This document shows, piece by piece, positions 39,625 through 53,854 of a DNA stretch of 64,000 nucleotides. The notes beneath the pieces are model-generated. The model was given only the letters and a program-made list of their open reading frames with translations. It was not told the origin of the DNA and made no database searches. The stretch spans positions 29,078,001-29,142,000 of the forward strand of contig OX597816.1 in NCBI GenBank assembly GCA_951406725.2. Direction: 5' to 3'. How positions within the stretch are numbered: position 1 is the first letter of the stretch; the number at the start of each line of letters is the position of its first letter. The position numbers and the translations under genes are program-made. Origin of the DNA: Octopus vulgaris. Taxonomy: Eukaryota.

Positions 39625-39822
39625 GGTGAGCTGGCAGAACTTTTAGCACAACAGAGAAAATTCATAGCGGCATTCCGCACGTCCTTATGTTCTCAGCTCA
39701 AATTTCTCCTAGTGGACATTGCTTTTATGATTTCCGGGTCGATAAAATAAGTAGTAGGTGAACACTAGGGTCGATGTAATCGACAAGTTCTCTTGTCTGA
39801 AAATGCAGGCCTTGTGCCTATA
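39625..39822 (+). mobile_element. SINE family C (Nin/Deu-like central domain), diverged
   Basis: GGTGAGCTGGCAGAA head; GGGTCGATAAAATAAGTA and GGGTCGATGTAATCGAC blocks shared with 45039-45267. Confidence 0.75.
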
Positions 39823-42800
39823 GTTGACTCCTGTAATTGTCTCAACTGCTACTGACAACTCTAAACGTTTCCAGCTTGCTTAACATCATATTTCCTTAAT
39901 ATAATATGGTCTTTCCGTAATATATACTTAAGATAATCAAATATAGTTGATTGAATCACGAAAGAGATGTACAAATAAACGCAGAAACCGCAGTAATTAT
40001 CAGAAATGCTAAAGATTGTATCAGAAATATAATAATGTATTTCTTCGAACGTTGATTTCCTTTATTTTATGATAAATTTCTGTTTTAAGTTTTAATTTCT
40101 TTTTTTCAAATATTCTGATTCTTTGATCTCAGATAAATTTGCATATGTTTCTTTAATCCATATATACTAGCTGTGGAGGATGTTAATGTTGTTTCTAAGT
40201 TTGATAGATTCGCAGAAATTGTGTTATGAGATCAAATTCATCTGAATTCAAGTTTGACTTTCATCATTCTGGTGTCGAGAAAAGGAATTAGTAGGCACGT
40301 GCTTTGATCAATTGTGTCATCTGCTACTCGCCCAACAAAATTGATTTTGTTCCAGAATCCTCACGGGCTGTTTGCAAAAAATTTAAAATCATCATTAAAA
40401 ATCTGGCTACCACTATTTGCGCCATATCATGTTTATGTGGATTGCCCCAATATCTAGACGTCTATAATTCTGATTGTTTCGGTGCCCATTTTATGTCATG
40501 TGTAGATAATTTATTTGTTTACATAGTGTATTTTAAAAATTTCTGCCTTTTTATAACTTAAACATTTTGATCTAGTCTTTAGGATAATAATTTGTCAAAC
40601 TAATTTATCATAAAATAAAGGAACTCCTCTCTAATTATTATGCTAATATTTACATATTTAATAATCCAGATGAGTCGTTCGTATGATTTGAAATGACGTA
40701 TTTGATTGAGGTAGAACATATCGTATGGTTAGTATTTACTGCTATTATAAGAAATCCTTAGTTGTATTTCAAATAATTATTTTTGCTATTTATTCCATTA
40801 AAGAATAATTCTTTCAGTAACTGTTTTTTTTATCACAATTTTAAAAGCTGCTCTCATTTTTCAATTAGCACGTCTCGTTCTTACATGAGAAATAATGTTC
40901 ATTAATTTGACTAAACACAAGCTTAGTTAGTGACAATAAATGAGCAAATGATTGTTCAAACAATTAACTGCAAGGGTATTATAAGGTTTCATAATCTTCA
41001 TCGTGTAAATACATGGTGGTGGTGAAAATCATTTGCTATAGAAAGCATTTCCGTGTTGTTTTAGGAAAGACGGCTATTATTAATTTTCCTCGTTATCAAT
41101 TTGTGATATTTTTGTAGTCATTCTCGTTCAATTTCATTTCGGCATAGCCCGTGCTCTCTTAAAATTTCTTTTGAACAAAACCATCAGGGATGGTAATTGC
41201 AATGAACAGTATATAAGTAATTGTTTTTGTAAAATTTCACATTATATCTAAAAGGCAATACCAAGCAAAACAACATCAATGAAGGACCTATGTCGTTGCA
41301 CATCTCTCTCGAAAGCACAGGTACACCATTTTGAAAGTGAAACTCTTTGTTTTAAAATGCTGAAACCTATAAGATATTGTAATAATAATTAGCTCATACA
41401 ATAAAAATGAAAGGATAGGGCTTCGTAGAGAATTAAACCGGATCAAAACAAAAACAACACTAACAACATAAATAGTGTTTTCTAATATGTTGTCCCTGGA
41501 TATCATCAGTGAATTTAGATTTGTTTCGAACCTTCTAACAAAAGGTAAGATCCACATTTCTCACCACACTACGATTTCCTGCGAATATTGACGAACTGCG
41601 TTACAGCCCCAATAGTATCCAAGTTGAACCTGTAATATACATGTTTCTGCTCGACCGACTGAGTGATACACAATATACATTCATACATAAATACATTCAT
41701 AAAAACATTTTAGAAAATAATTGGAAGGAATATATGAAAGCATCATTATACTTAAAAACAAACACGGGAACATGTAAGATTGGGCAACTCATTTAAACTG
41801 GATGCATATAGAAAATATTTAGAGGGAGAAGTTTAAAAAATAAAAAAAGAAATAATATGAAAACAAGTTGTTCTCAGGTATAGAAATAATTTTTAATAAG
41901 GTACTAACATTAGGGTATTTCTTTTACATTTGCTTGGTGATTAGATGTTTAAATCGGTTTATTATTTAAAACATTTTTCTCAATCCTGAAGTTAAAGAAA
42001 GACAAATTTCCCAAAAGATTAAAGAAAGATTGAAAACAAAATTAAAAAGAATATTTTTACAAAGACTTCAAAGGGAAAATGTCAGCCAACGTCATTGAGA
42101 ATAAAAGTAATCTAAATTTCCCATTTCTAACGATTAGCTTCTAAAATATATTATCTGCAAGTTATTTACTAGTATGAAAGTATTGCTAAAATAATCTTGT
42201 GGGAGCTGAAGTATATAATATCGCATAATGTTTAATTTTTTTATCTTTCGTCACGTTTGACGTATTTTATACATTGGACAAGAAGGATTTCCAGAATGCC
42301 TTTCTTTCATTTCAAATAACAGAAGTATTCAGAGGAGTTGGATAATTGTGAACATGTCTCATTTGAAAAGTAAAAGAAATTGTTGAATAGACAATAGGAA
42401 AATTATTCTGCAATTCCCTCTAGATAATAAACTAGCAAAATTGCACTGTAGTGAAATTACTGCTAATAGATTGAAGGGAACAAACATATCTTTTCTTTAA
42501 ACTCGGTAATTGAAAAAGTCATTATGCATATGATTCAATTGGATCTGTAACTACTGTTGAATAACGGTATTTAAAAAATATTCGGTAATACCTTTGCAAA
42601 AATGTTACCGTACTGAAATCAATATTCTCATTTGATATGCTCAACTATAGACAAATAAAATCATGAAGAAATCTTCATATCATAGAGATGTGTGAGGTCT
42701 TTTCCTATATTTTTGCTCAGAAGTTGACTCTCATGCCTCAAATTAGGCATACATCGCATTATGTAAATATATGCAAAATAATTTATTAATACATGACAAG

Positions 42801-43147
42801 GAAACATTTAATCAAAATGCTGGATATCTCAAGCAAGATTAGACAGTAAATAAGGTATTTCTGCATAAAGTTTATCAAACTATATATAGAAGCGTACATA
42901 CATACATACATAATACATACCTACATACATGCATGCATACATACATGCGTGCATGCATACGAATATATATACACGCATACAAACATTCCTGGATGCATAC
43001 ATACATATAAGCATATTAGACACACACACATATATACATATATAACTGTGGACTATATATGCATTTGATAATTTCTCTCTGTTTATTTTCAGTCACTCTC
43101 TGTCCCTATCTAAGTATGAATGCACACATTTATATATGTACTTATGC

Positions 43148-43189
<42 letters not shown>

Positions 43190-43234
43190 GTGTGTGTATA
43201 TATATTTATATATATATATGTGTGTGTGTGTGTG

Positions 43235-43437
43235 TGACCTCGTGTGTACTGTTGGCGATTTTTTTCCTCTGTCTTCCCTTCTCTGGGTCTTTCCTTCTCC
43301 TATGTTTCCGACGAAGAGCTCCGCTCGAAACGTTACACCCTCCTTCTTCCCTTCTTTCCTGAGCGTCCAATAATAATATATTTGTTCCACGTCCTCGCGT
43401 TGTTGTGTTTTTTGTGTTTTCTTGTTTGGATTAACTA
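43235..43437 (+). mobile_element. PLE pseudo-LTR fragment with HHR-like motif, between microsatellites
   Basis: CCGACGA-A-GAGC-TCC-GCTC-GAAACGTT at 43308-43334; CT-rich flanks. Confidence 0.6.
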
Positions 43438-43444
43438 TATATAT

Positions 43445-43536
<92 letters not shown>

Positions 43537-43626
43537 TCCGTGGGAACCCAGTGTATACCAAATCTAACGACGAATTTACATTTTCTGTAAATGACGCTAG
43601 GTAGCCAAAAGAGATGAATATTCTCT

Positions 43627-45396
43627 TCGGTGTCCCAAAATTAAGGCAACGAAGTTTCGGGCTTTAATAACAATCAATAGATGTGAGAAGACATGAAAAT
43701 TATACATCGTTATAAAAGCTTATTTTGTCTATTTCCTTTTGTTTTAGTCTAAATAAATTCATATTTATAAACTAGCTAATGTCTGTAGATTGAAATACAA
43801 TCATAACCCTCCACAAAGAAGGCGAAATTAATACGGCTATAGCAAAAAAGCTAAAAATAAACCGAAAAACAGTCTGGAAAATTGTCACGAAATTTGAAGA
43901 GACCGGTTCCACAGCTGATCGACCAGGACATAGCTGAAAAAGAAGTCTACGGACCTCTCAGCTAATCAAAAGTACCAGAGAAAACTACGGCGAAATCCTG
44001 TAATTCCGTCAGAAAACTGGCTGCCACAGCAAAAGTAAGCCGAACATCGATGTATCGAATGTTGAAGGAGGATCTCAGGACACACTCCTACAAGATGATC
44101 CAACTTATTGAGCTCACGCCTGTTTATAAGGCCATGATACAGGAGGGAAGTTGCTTTTTCTTGCGTCAAATTGCTGAAGGCATCCTACCCAACATGGTGT
44201 TTACTGATGAAAAGAAATTTCATATCGAACAGAGAGTAGAGCACCAGAATGACAGACTTTATTGTATATCTGATTCAATCGAGAGTAGACTCGTAATTCA
44301 CGTCAAATTCCACAGTAATGGTTTGGTCTGCTGTGACAGCCACTCGAAGATCTCCCCTTGATTGTGAGCCCTCGGGTGTTAAAGTTAAAACCCAGATATA
44401 TATTAGAGACGTTTTGGAAACTGAACTGCGTCCATGGGCGAATAAACACTTGCAAAGCGAACCTTAGGGCCTCCAACGGTACTTGGTACCGTCCCACAGC
44501 TGCAAACAGATACATCACTAGATTAAAAAAACGTTTCCTCGTCCATAAGCAAGAATGTATGGCCCGCAAAAACCCCGATCTCAGTCCATTTGGTCCATTT
44601 TGGAGACGAGGATCTCGAGCACACCTCATGCTTCTCCCGATGCTCTAAAGGTAAATCTGTGCCACGAATAGGATTCGATTACGCAAGAATATCTGCGTGC
44701 CGCGTGTGAAGCACCTAGACTGTGATTCGAAACTGGTGTTAATATCAAATAAATATGGTAGTGTTATAATTGTGTTTCATTTACCATTGCATTGCTCGGA
44801 CTCGAAATATAACAATATTTTGCTTTGGCTCAATTGAAAAACGTTTTTACGTTTATGAATTTGTATAGCAAGATTGTTGATGTGAAACCGCGTGTTGAAA
44901 CAGATATTGTTATATGTCGGGATGGTCATTTTTTTCCTAAAGAAACACATGTACTATACATTCGTTTGTCACTCGTTTATTTCTGTTCGTATTTTAACTG
45001 CTATCCATTGTCCTTATATCTTTTGTTACATACCTATTTCTTTATTACACACAAGGGGCTAAACACAGGGGGGACAAACAAGAACAGACATAGGTATTAA
45101 GTCGATTACATCGACCCCAGTGCGTAACTGGTACTTAATTTATCGACCCCGAAAGGATGAAAGGCAAAGTCGACCTCGGCGGAATTTGAACTCGCAACGA
45201 AACGCAGACGAAATACCGCTAAGCATTTCGCCCGGAGTGCTAACGTTTCTGCCAGCTCGCCGCCCTTCTTTTGTTACATACCTATTACATACCTGTTAAC
45301 TCTTCAGCGACCCTTTCCGTCCTCGTGCATCCTGCTGCTCCACTTGGTCCATGACCAGCCTGCAAAAGTTGGTTGCCGTAATTTTGGGACACCCTG
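43627..45396 (+). mobile_element. Decayed maT/DD37D-like transposon with nested SINE
   Basis: TIRs GGTGTCCCAAAATTAAGGCAAC / GTTGCCGTAATTTTGGGACACC; MVFTDEKKFHIEQ..HQNDR; HTH INRKTVWKIVTKFEETGSTADRPG. Confidence 0.9.
45039..45267 (-). mobile_element. SINE family C (Nin/Deu-like domain), young copy
   Basis: Head GGCGGCGAGCTGGCAGAAACG..GTTCAAATTCC; GCCTTTCATCCTTTCGGGGTCGATAAATTAAGTACCAG core; 19-bp TSD CTTTTGTTACATACCTATT at 45020-45038 and 45268-45286. Confidence 0.92.
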
Positions 45397-45569
45397 TGTA
45401 TATGTATATACATGTATTTACACACACACACACACACACACAAGTAACCACAATAGGGTTTCAAATTTACTATACCTGTTTGAGTAGAACTTTTCCGTGC
45501 ATTTATAGATAATTACATCATAAAATATAGTCCAGCATCACGAGGTAAAATTTTAAGGAGGTATATGTG

Positions 45570-46000
45570 CGCAACATGGTGATCTCATATCAAGATAAAT
45601 AGCGCCTGAACTTGCAGGTGGGACACAGAATTTTCTTTTGGTCCAGTTGCCCTCCCGCTCAAAATGTCCCTGAAAAGGGGTTGTTTAAGGATGTTGAATG
45701 AAAAAGCTATGTTTCCACATGTGAATTATTCAAATCCAAAGGAATTACTTTGAACACATGGCTATGTTAATCCCCCAATACTTCTGATCGTGATCAGATA
45801 TGCACATATCGTCAGCCACCAAGGGAAATGCTCAACTGGTTAGCAAGTCAAGCTACTGTTATTAAAAATCTGTGGTATTGAACAGAATATTTGCCGTAGC
45901 CTATGTTTTATTCCAAGACAAAACATGTACATAAAAACACTTCCAATGTGTTAAGATCAGAAGCCATGAGAGCCAGTACCTGATACTGCATCAGGGCATT
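45570..46000 (-). mobile_element. (TAA)n-associated retroposon, diverged copy
   Basis: Aligns to the 53855-54363 family; ends ACTGCATCAGGGCATTT followed by (GTT)n. Confidence 0.8.
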
Positions 46001-46863
46001 TCTTGTTGTTGTTGCTGTTATGTAGTACCAGTTTCACTTCAACATTAAAATTTCATGTTATCTAAATATTTTGAAACCGTGACCTGTTTACTGACAAAAC
46101 TTCGCAAAAGTAATGCTGCACGAAGATTTGTCAGTAAACAGCAAACACACACATTCATTGCCTTTCATTTCTATGTATATGTATCTATGGGCATGCGCGA
46201 GTGTGTCACTGTTGAAGTCGCTCGTGCAACTTGTTTGTATATATATTGGCTTAATGGTACAGAGTGTTTGGAAACTGTAAGTGAGGTGCAAATTTCGAGT
46301 ACTTCTCCTTTTTTACTCCTCGCCTTCTAATAGTAATTATCCAACTTTCTAGGCTCTTTCCACGTTCTAAAATTATACGGGTATTTAAAAAATCTTCATT
46401 AAATAAATTATAAATTATTAATAGTATAATAAATAACAAATTACGTATCCATTAAAAAATAAACTGTCCGTTTTCCAAATAACGAATGACAACTTAAAAG
46501 AGAAAGCAGGAGACTTTGCAAATGAGAACGGAATACTCTGCAGTGAATGCAATGAGTTTTTAAATTTGCGAATTGGACTCAGGGAATGCAATGAGAAATT
46601 CGAATTAAAATAATTCAAGAAACTTCAGAAATTGAAATTATAGCAAATTTCTTAGAACATGAATTTATAAAAAATATTTCCAGACGGTCAAACCTTTAAT
46701 AATTGCTTTCTTTTAGTACTTTTGATAATTGTTTCTTCGTTGTTTCTATGTCAACAAAATAATTACCAGTTGAAAATCTGTGTCAATGCAACTAACTTTC
46801 TGCTGACGCCAAACTCGACGGTCTTGTGCTAGAATTTGACCCTCATAAACAAACACGCATAAG

Positions 46864-46925
<62 letters not shown>

Positions 46926-48283
46926 GTTAAAACTTGCACTCGCGTTGTTTGCTCAAGCATAATTTCAATATGTTTTCTTTTATTCATAGACAAATGGGTA
47001 AATAGAATTCTGTAATCGAAAATTCGGAAAATATGAGAATAAAATCATCGAAATGCGTTACAATGATTTCTAATTGGAAATGTCACCGCATCGTTACGAA
47101 TTTTAGATCAGAAAAAAGAATTGAGTTATAACTCAAGCAGCTAATATTATCTATGGTAATTGTTTTCTTTTCTGTTGAATAATTCTGCTTCCCTCTGCAA
47201 CATAGAACGCCTCTTCCTGTCGATTTGTTGACTATGTTATTGGTGGGAAATTGTAAACGATCTTCTAACCACACTCCGTTCATTAGCTTATAGCTATGTT
47301 TAGAATATGCAAAATGAAATACAATGTATGTCGTCTGTCTAATTTGCATAGCATTGAATTCGTTTATAACAAGGGTGAATTAACTTTAATTTATGGATCA
47401 ACTTTCCAGAATCGCTTTATAAATAAAATAATTTATTAGTTCATTAAACCACTGTGTCTGAGGAAGCAAGTTGTATAAATTATGAAGGTTATTTAAATAT
47501 ATCAGCTTTTAACCTTATCCAGGTTTAACAAATTCCAATTCATGTCTTTATAATAAGCATACTTGTAGAAAGAAAATTGTTATAGTTTGCTAATGAAGGC
47601 CGCGTAGTGCTGGTAACAAATCAAACTAACTACACTTTCTGTTTTTTTTCATAAAATAAAGTTAGATTTTACATTTCAAAATATCCGAAAATACTGCGTA
47701 TTCCACTTTTAAATTATTAATCCCACTTGCCACCTCTTTAGACAGTATACACGACTCTCTAGGACTGAGTATACACAGAATATGTCAGATAATTGTCAAC
47801 ATGTTTAAAATTCAGAGAAAATGCTTCTTATTTTAGAAATGAAAATCTAACAAGATAAAGAATTTTTATTGATCAGATTATTAGCGTATTTCGAAAGAAA
47901 ATATATGGCCCAACACATATTGTTGGGTTTTCACACGATACTACAACTTAGTTATGAATATATATTACGCATTACATTTTAAACATGGGTTCATATATCT
48001 TATTATGTTGCAATACGGCATTACGTACGACATTCCTCCTATTTAATACTATTTCCAATATAAAGCACAAATGTATATAATGATATAATGAAGTCTTAAA
48101 AATTTGAAGCAAAGGATGCCAAATTTGCACTCCATGCATTCAATATATTGCTAACCAGGGAAACTAATAATCTAAGTTAAGAAATAGAAATATTTTCAAA
48201 ACACCTTTAAAAACAGAATAAACACGGCAAACAGAATGATAGAATTTATATTTTAAATATTGCAAGTAAATAAAATTTGAGAA

Positions 48284-48383
<100 letters not shown>

Positions 48384-49234
48384 TGTGTGTATATGTGCAC
48401 ATTTATTTTGTAGAGGGTATCCAGATTATATAGTTCTCATAATTTCATATGAATGAGTGGCAAAGTGTTTTTATTTTTGCATATTTCTACAGCCAGATAG
48501 ATACGTAGGGAGGAGCAACGTCTAATGGTATAATGAAATATGTAATTTATGGATAATGTTCGTTCCATTTTTGCGATATCAGCTCTTTAAATCAAATTCT
48601 ATCTCGGAGTCAAAGATCAAGACGCTCTGTCTTTTCAGAACTATTTTGAGCCTCGAAAATATATTGATTTTTCTTAGTCTGTCTTGGTATTGATTTTTAA
48701 CATTACAATGGTATTGGCTATATTTCCTACACATTTGTCAACATTGATAGCACAAAAATATCCTATTTGTCTTCAAAGTATAATATTTTTTATGAATAAG
48801 ATTCCTCAATTCAATCAAGTTAATATGAATGAACTATAATCAGATTTTCAATAATATTCATTTTCAGACTGCGAGTTCGTGTCGATCATTTCAATATGAA
48901 TGCATTGTGTACTACACAGCAGGAAACACAAGTGTGTGATGAGTTAATACGCATATAGTCTTCTGTATATTTTCATTTGTTAGTCTGAAAAGCTGGGAGC
49001 AATCTTCAACCTCTTCAGAACGTTGAATAATTGAAAGTAGAAATAAATAACGGATAGTAACGCGGTTAATAGTCAGTTTCTTTATACAATCCAGGAAACA
49101 TCCACAGTGAATCATATTCAGATATATGACATTGATGGATAGGTTGGGTAGGCTATGTTTTGTACAATGGCTTTGTTTTAAACAAATGGATTTCGTGAAA
49201 GGGAGAAGAGTGTAGTGTATGAAAGTTACTGTAT

Positions 49235-50853
49235 TACGAAGCTGGACTGAAAGGTTCACACGCTGACTTCGAATGAGTGATATTTGGGAGGTGAAATTGT
49301 CTTGAATTAAATCCCAACCCTTATTAATAACTGCGTTGGGTTCTTCGAAGTAAACTGACATATCACTTTACTCTTTTACTCTTTTACTTGTTTCAGTCAT
49401 TTGACTGCGGCCATGCTGGAGCACCGCCTTTTAGTCGAGCAAATCGACCCCGGAACTTATTCTTTGTAAGCCCAGTACTTATTCTATCGGTCTCTTTTGC
49501 CGAACCGCTAAGTGACGGGGACGTAAACACACCAGCATCGGTTGTCAAGCAATGCTAGGGGGACAAACACAGACACACAAACATATACACACACACTTAT
49601 ATATATATACATATATACGACAGGCTTCTTTCAGTTTCCGTCTACCAAATCCACTCACAAGGCATTGGTCGGCCCGGGGCTATAGCAAAAGACACTTGCT
49701 CAAGATGCCACGCAGTGGGACTGAACCCGGAACCATGTGGTTGGTAAGCAAGCTACTTACCACACAGCCACTCCTGCGCCACTTGCTCACTGTTCAAAAT
49801 AGACTTCAAAAATGGAGAAAATTTGTCAACGTGGTGCATTTGCAGAAAAAGGCTTTAGACCCTAACGATATCAGGATGTCATGATTGTTACATAATGGTT
49901 GACGACTCAGATTTGTCAACAGTGCAAAAATGCGCAGCTGAATTGTGTAGGGAAGTGAGAGTTTTGAAGATGATTCAAGGTATGGACTTCCCGCAGGTGC
50001 CACCACCGAGGAAAACATTGATCGTGGTAATAAAGGATAGGCGATTGACTATAAATCCAATAGCCAATTCAGTTAGTCTATCCCGTGAGAAAATTGAGAA
50101 TATTCTGCACTAAAAACTTGGCATGACAAAGGTTTCTGCTCAGTGGGTGTCGCGTATAATAACACCTGATTAAAATCGTCTCAGGCTGATCCCATTACGG
50201 GAAAATCTGACATTATTTTAGGCAGACCCATCTGATTTCTCTAAACATTTGCTTTCCCATGTTTAGTCTTGGGTTCATCCATTTGAGCTAGAGACAATGA
50301 GACAATTCATGTAGTGAAAAAACTCGTGGCCAGCTCCAAAGAAAGAGAATATCATTTTATCTGTAGGGAAGGTGATGAAAAGTTTTGGGGGATACAAAGC
50401 TGTCGTGTTTATTGACAATCTTAGAAATGCCAACTGCATCAGTGATGATTATTTCGATAAATTGTTGGGGCCGAACTCTCAGGAAGACTAACGAAAGGGT
50501 GTCCTGTTTCATCAGAACAATTCTCAAGAACACAAGTTCTACATTGCAATAGCTGATGTGCGTCACTGTGGTGGCTTTGAACTGGTTGACCACCCTGCCT
50601 ATTCTGCTGATTTGTACCCCATCTATCTGTCATCTGTTCCCGAAAAAAGCACTTGGCTGGGACCATGTATCCCAGTAATAGTGACATCGTATATACTGTT
50701 GATGACTTTTTTGACAAACAAGATGATATTTTCGCCAATGGCATCCAAGCACTGCAATACTGAAGACGTATGTGGACCGCAAATATATTTCATTTAGTTA
50801 CATTCAATGGGAATATCTTTGACAGTCTATGCACTTTTCAGCTGACTTTCGTA
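49235..50853 (+). mobile_element. Decayed mariner transposon interrupted by a SINE
   Basis: TIR-like ends TACGAAGCTGGACTGAAAGGTTCA / TGCACTTTTCAGCTGACTTTCGTA; MTKVSAQWVSR, LFHQNN and GFELVDHPAYSADL motifs. Confidence 0.85.
49367..49780 (-). mobile_element. tRNA-derived SINE (family B) with internal (CA)/(TA) tract and (AAAGAGT)n tail
   Basis: Head GGCGCAGGAGTGGCTGTGTGGTAAG..GGTTCAGTCCC; CORE-like TTGAGCAAGTGTCTT; tandem tail repeat. Confidence 0.9.
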
Positions 50854-50979
50854 ATTTTGCGAGAAATATCAGCTCTCACTTTTCTGCGACTCAGAAATTC
50901 TCTTAACTCTGCTAGTCGAGAGAATCATCGTAATTATCCATGTGTCATGGCGATACGTCACGCAAATTCAAATTCTCCA

Positions 50980-51640
50980 AGTATGTCGTCACACATGCCA
51001 ACTACTAATCCTGTACAGAATGCCATGGTGGAAAAATCCACTGACTACATTGTCCGACTATCATGCGGTTGACAACACTTAGGATGCCAGACAACTTCCT
51101 TTGGTCCACGCATGAGCTAGGACTGGAGTTCTGTCAAAATTCTCACCAGTAAGAAAACTCTGGTGATGGCCTAACTTCAGCGCATTTCTACGTATTGTTA
51201 ACCATAGTTTCCACCCATAATTTCCACTCAATCTATTCTACCAGGAAATGAGACCTGTGGCCAGAGAGACGCGTTTTGTCCAAAACATGGAAGAGTACAT
51301 GCTCTGGTTAGCCATGAAGCAGAAAGATGCACGAAGGTAAGGTAATATTAGATAATACGACCTTACAATTCAGAGGCAGCTTGCTCTTAATCCATTTCAG
51401 CCAGTCTGCTCACCATCTCTTTCCAGCATACGGAAACACTGAGCTTCCACATCCTGGTGTTCCTGAGGTGCACTTTGAAATCTCCAACTTCTGTTGACGT
51501 GGCCCTAGGGTCAGTATGTACAGAAGGGGTGCGAGGTTGTACCCTTCACGGGCCGATTGAATGATATTCAATGATTCCGACTGGTGATTAGTTTCTGTGA
51601 CCATGGAGCATATGTAGCTCTACACACCCGTGTTTACTGT
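50980..51640 (-). mobile_element. Decayed L1/Tx1-type LINE RT fragment
   Basis: SESLNIIQSAREGYNLAPLLYILTLGP resembles SVRQGCPLSPLLYVLALEP. Confidence 0.6.
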
Positions 51641-51673
51641 GCAATGTCTATAATAATAATAATAATAATAATA

Positions 51674-51711
<38 letters not shown>

Positions 51712-51743
51712 CAAAAACAGCAATAATAATAATAACAACAACC

Positions 51744-51849
<106 letters not shown>

Positions 51850-51862
51850 TAATAATAATAAT

Positions 51863-52140
51863 AGATGCTCTGATGCAGTACCAGACAGTGGCTCTCTAGG
51901 CTTCTGATCTTAACTGATTGGAAGTGTTATCACGTACATTGGTTTGTTTTGGTAGAAAAAAAATAGGCTGCAGCAAATGGTTAAGGTCAAACAACTGACA
52001 AGTAAATGTATGGTATTGAGAAAAATATTTGCTGTAGCCCATCTTTTATACCAAGACAAAACAATGTACGTGATAGCACTTCCAATCAGTTAAGATCAGA
52101 AGACATGAGAGCCACTGCCTGGTACTGCATCAGGGCATTT
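51863..52140. mobile_element. Foldback of two opposed 5' fragments of the (TAA)n-associated retroposon
   Basis: About 115-bp inverted arms; (AAT/AAC)n on the left and (ATT)n on the right. Confidence 0.85.
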
Positions 52141-52141
52141 A

Positions 52142-52232
<91 letters not shown>

Positions 52233-52318
52233 TATTATCATCATTATCATTATTATCATCATCATCATCATCATTATTATTATTATTATTATTATTATCA
52301 TTATTATTATTATCATCA

Positions 52319-52439
<121 letters not shown>

Positions 52440-52484
52440 CAGCAGCAGCAGTATTAGTAGTAGTAGAAGTAGTAATAGTAGTAG

Positions 52485-52995
52485 TGAGTCAGTGAGAGAG
52501 TAGTGCATGCAATGAGAATTACACTGGGGTAAAATGTACGAAACCCACTTTACCCATTACGGCTACACGTTTGATAAGGGTACACTAAGCACATGCTTAA
52601 CAAACAGTGCAACATAGTAATCTCATATCAAGATAAACAGAGCATGACCTTACAGGTGGGGCCCAGTTAGAATTTTCTTCAGGATGAGTGACCCTTCTCG
52701 CTCAAAAGGTCCCTGAATAAGAGATGTTTAAGGATGTTGAACAATACACCCATGTTTCCAAAGGAGAATTATCCAATCCCAAAACATTTCCACTCAACAT
52801 CTGGCTTTGATGCTATCCCACTACTTCTGCTCATGATCAGAGATGCACATATCGTCAGCAACTAAGGGGTATGGTCAACTGGTTAGGGTCAAGCAACTGC
52901 CAAAGAATCTTTTTGTATACCAAGACAAAACAATATACATAAAAACTCTTCCAATCAGTGAAGATCAGAAGCCAAGAGAGCCATAGCCTCTTGAT
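52485..52995 (-). mobile_element. (TAA)n-associated retroposon, near-full copy
   Basis: Aligns to 53855-54363. Confidence 0.85.
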
Positions 52996-53270
52996 ATTGG
53001 AAATGGTTTCATCCACTCTATTGCAGATGCGGAACAGCGGAGACACTTGCTCATTCTTCAGGTTGACCCTCCAGTTCGTGGCCAAGTTAGTCTTGCACTA
53101 CCAGAATAGCACTCTCAGTATCTTTTTTCAGTGCCCCTGTCTTCAGCCATTCCCACCTATTTTTCCTGCAACTTCTGTTGTGGTTCGTTTGAATTAAGTG
53201 TGTAGTCCTTTCTTGCACAATTATTCTTCATGTCCTGTTTTCACTTCTTCCTTTGTTTTTCCTTATTCCT
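52996..53270 (-). mobile_element. R4/Dong-like fragment upstream of the zinc knuckle
   Basis: WLKTGALKKDTESAILVVQD; QVSPLFRICNRVDETISNI. Confidence 0.7.
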
Positions 53271-53283
53271 TTATTATTATTAC

Positions 53284-53361
<78 letters not shown>

Positions 53362-53385
53362 CATTATTATTATTATTATTATTAT

Positions 53386-53454
<69 letters not shown>

Positions 53455-53479
53455 GATCATTGTCGTCAGTGTTATTATC

Positions 53480-53697
53480 ATTAAGGTCATTAGCTAGCAG
53501 AATCATTAGCATATGAAATGCTTAGTGGAATTTCGTTTGTCTTTAAACTCTGAGTTCAAATTCTAATGAGCCTGAATTTGCCTTTCATCGTTTCAGGGTT
53601 TCAGGGTCATTAAAATAATTAGCAATTCAGTGATAGAGTCAATGTAATTGACTCACTGTCTCACATAGATTTCAGGCCTTGTGCAAATGGTAGAAAG
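53480..53697 (+). mobile_element. SINE family C copy with (ATT)n tail
   Basis: CTAGCAGAATCATTAGCA..GAGTTCAAATTC..TTTGCCTTTCATC; runs directly into (ATT)n. Confidence 0.75.
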
Positions 53698-53698
53698 A

Positions 53699-53776
<78 letters not shown>

Positions 53777-53781
53777 GCTAC

Positions 53782-53854
<73 letters not shown>
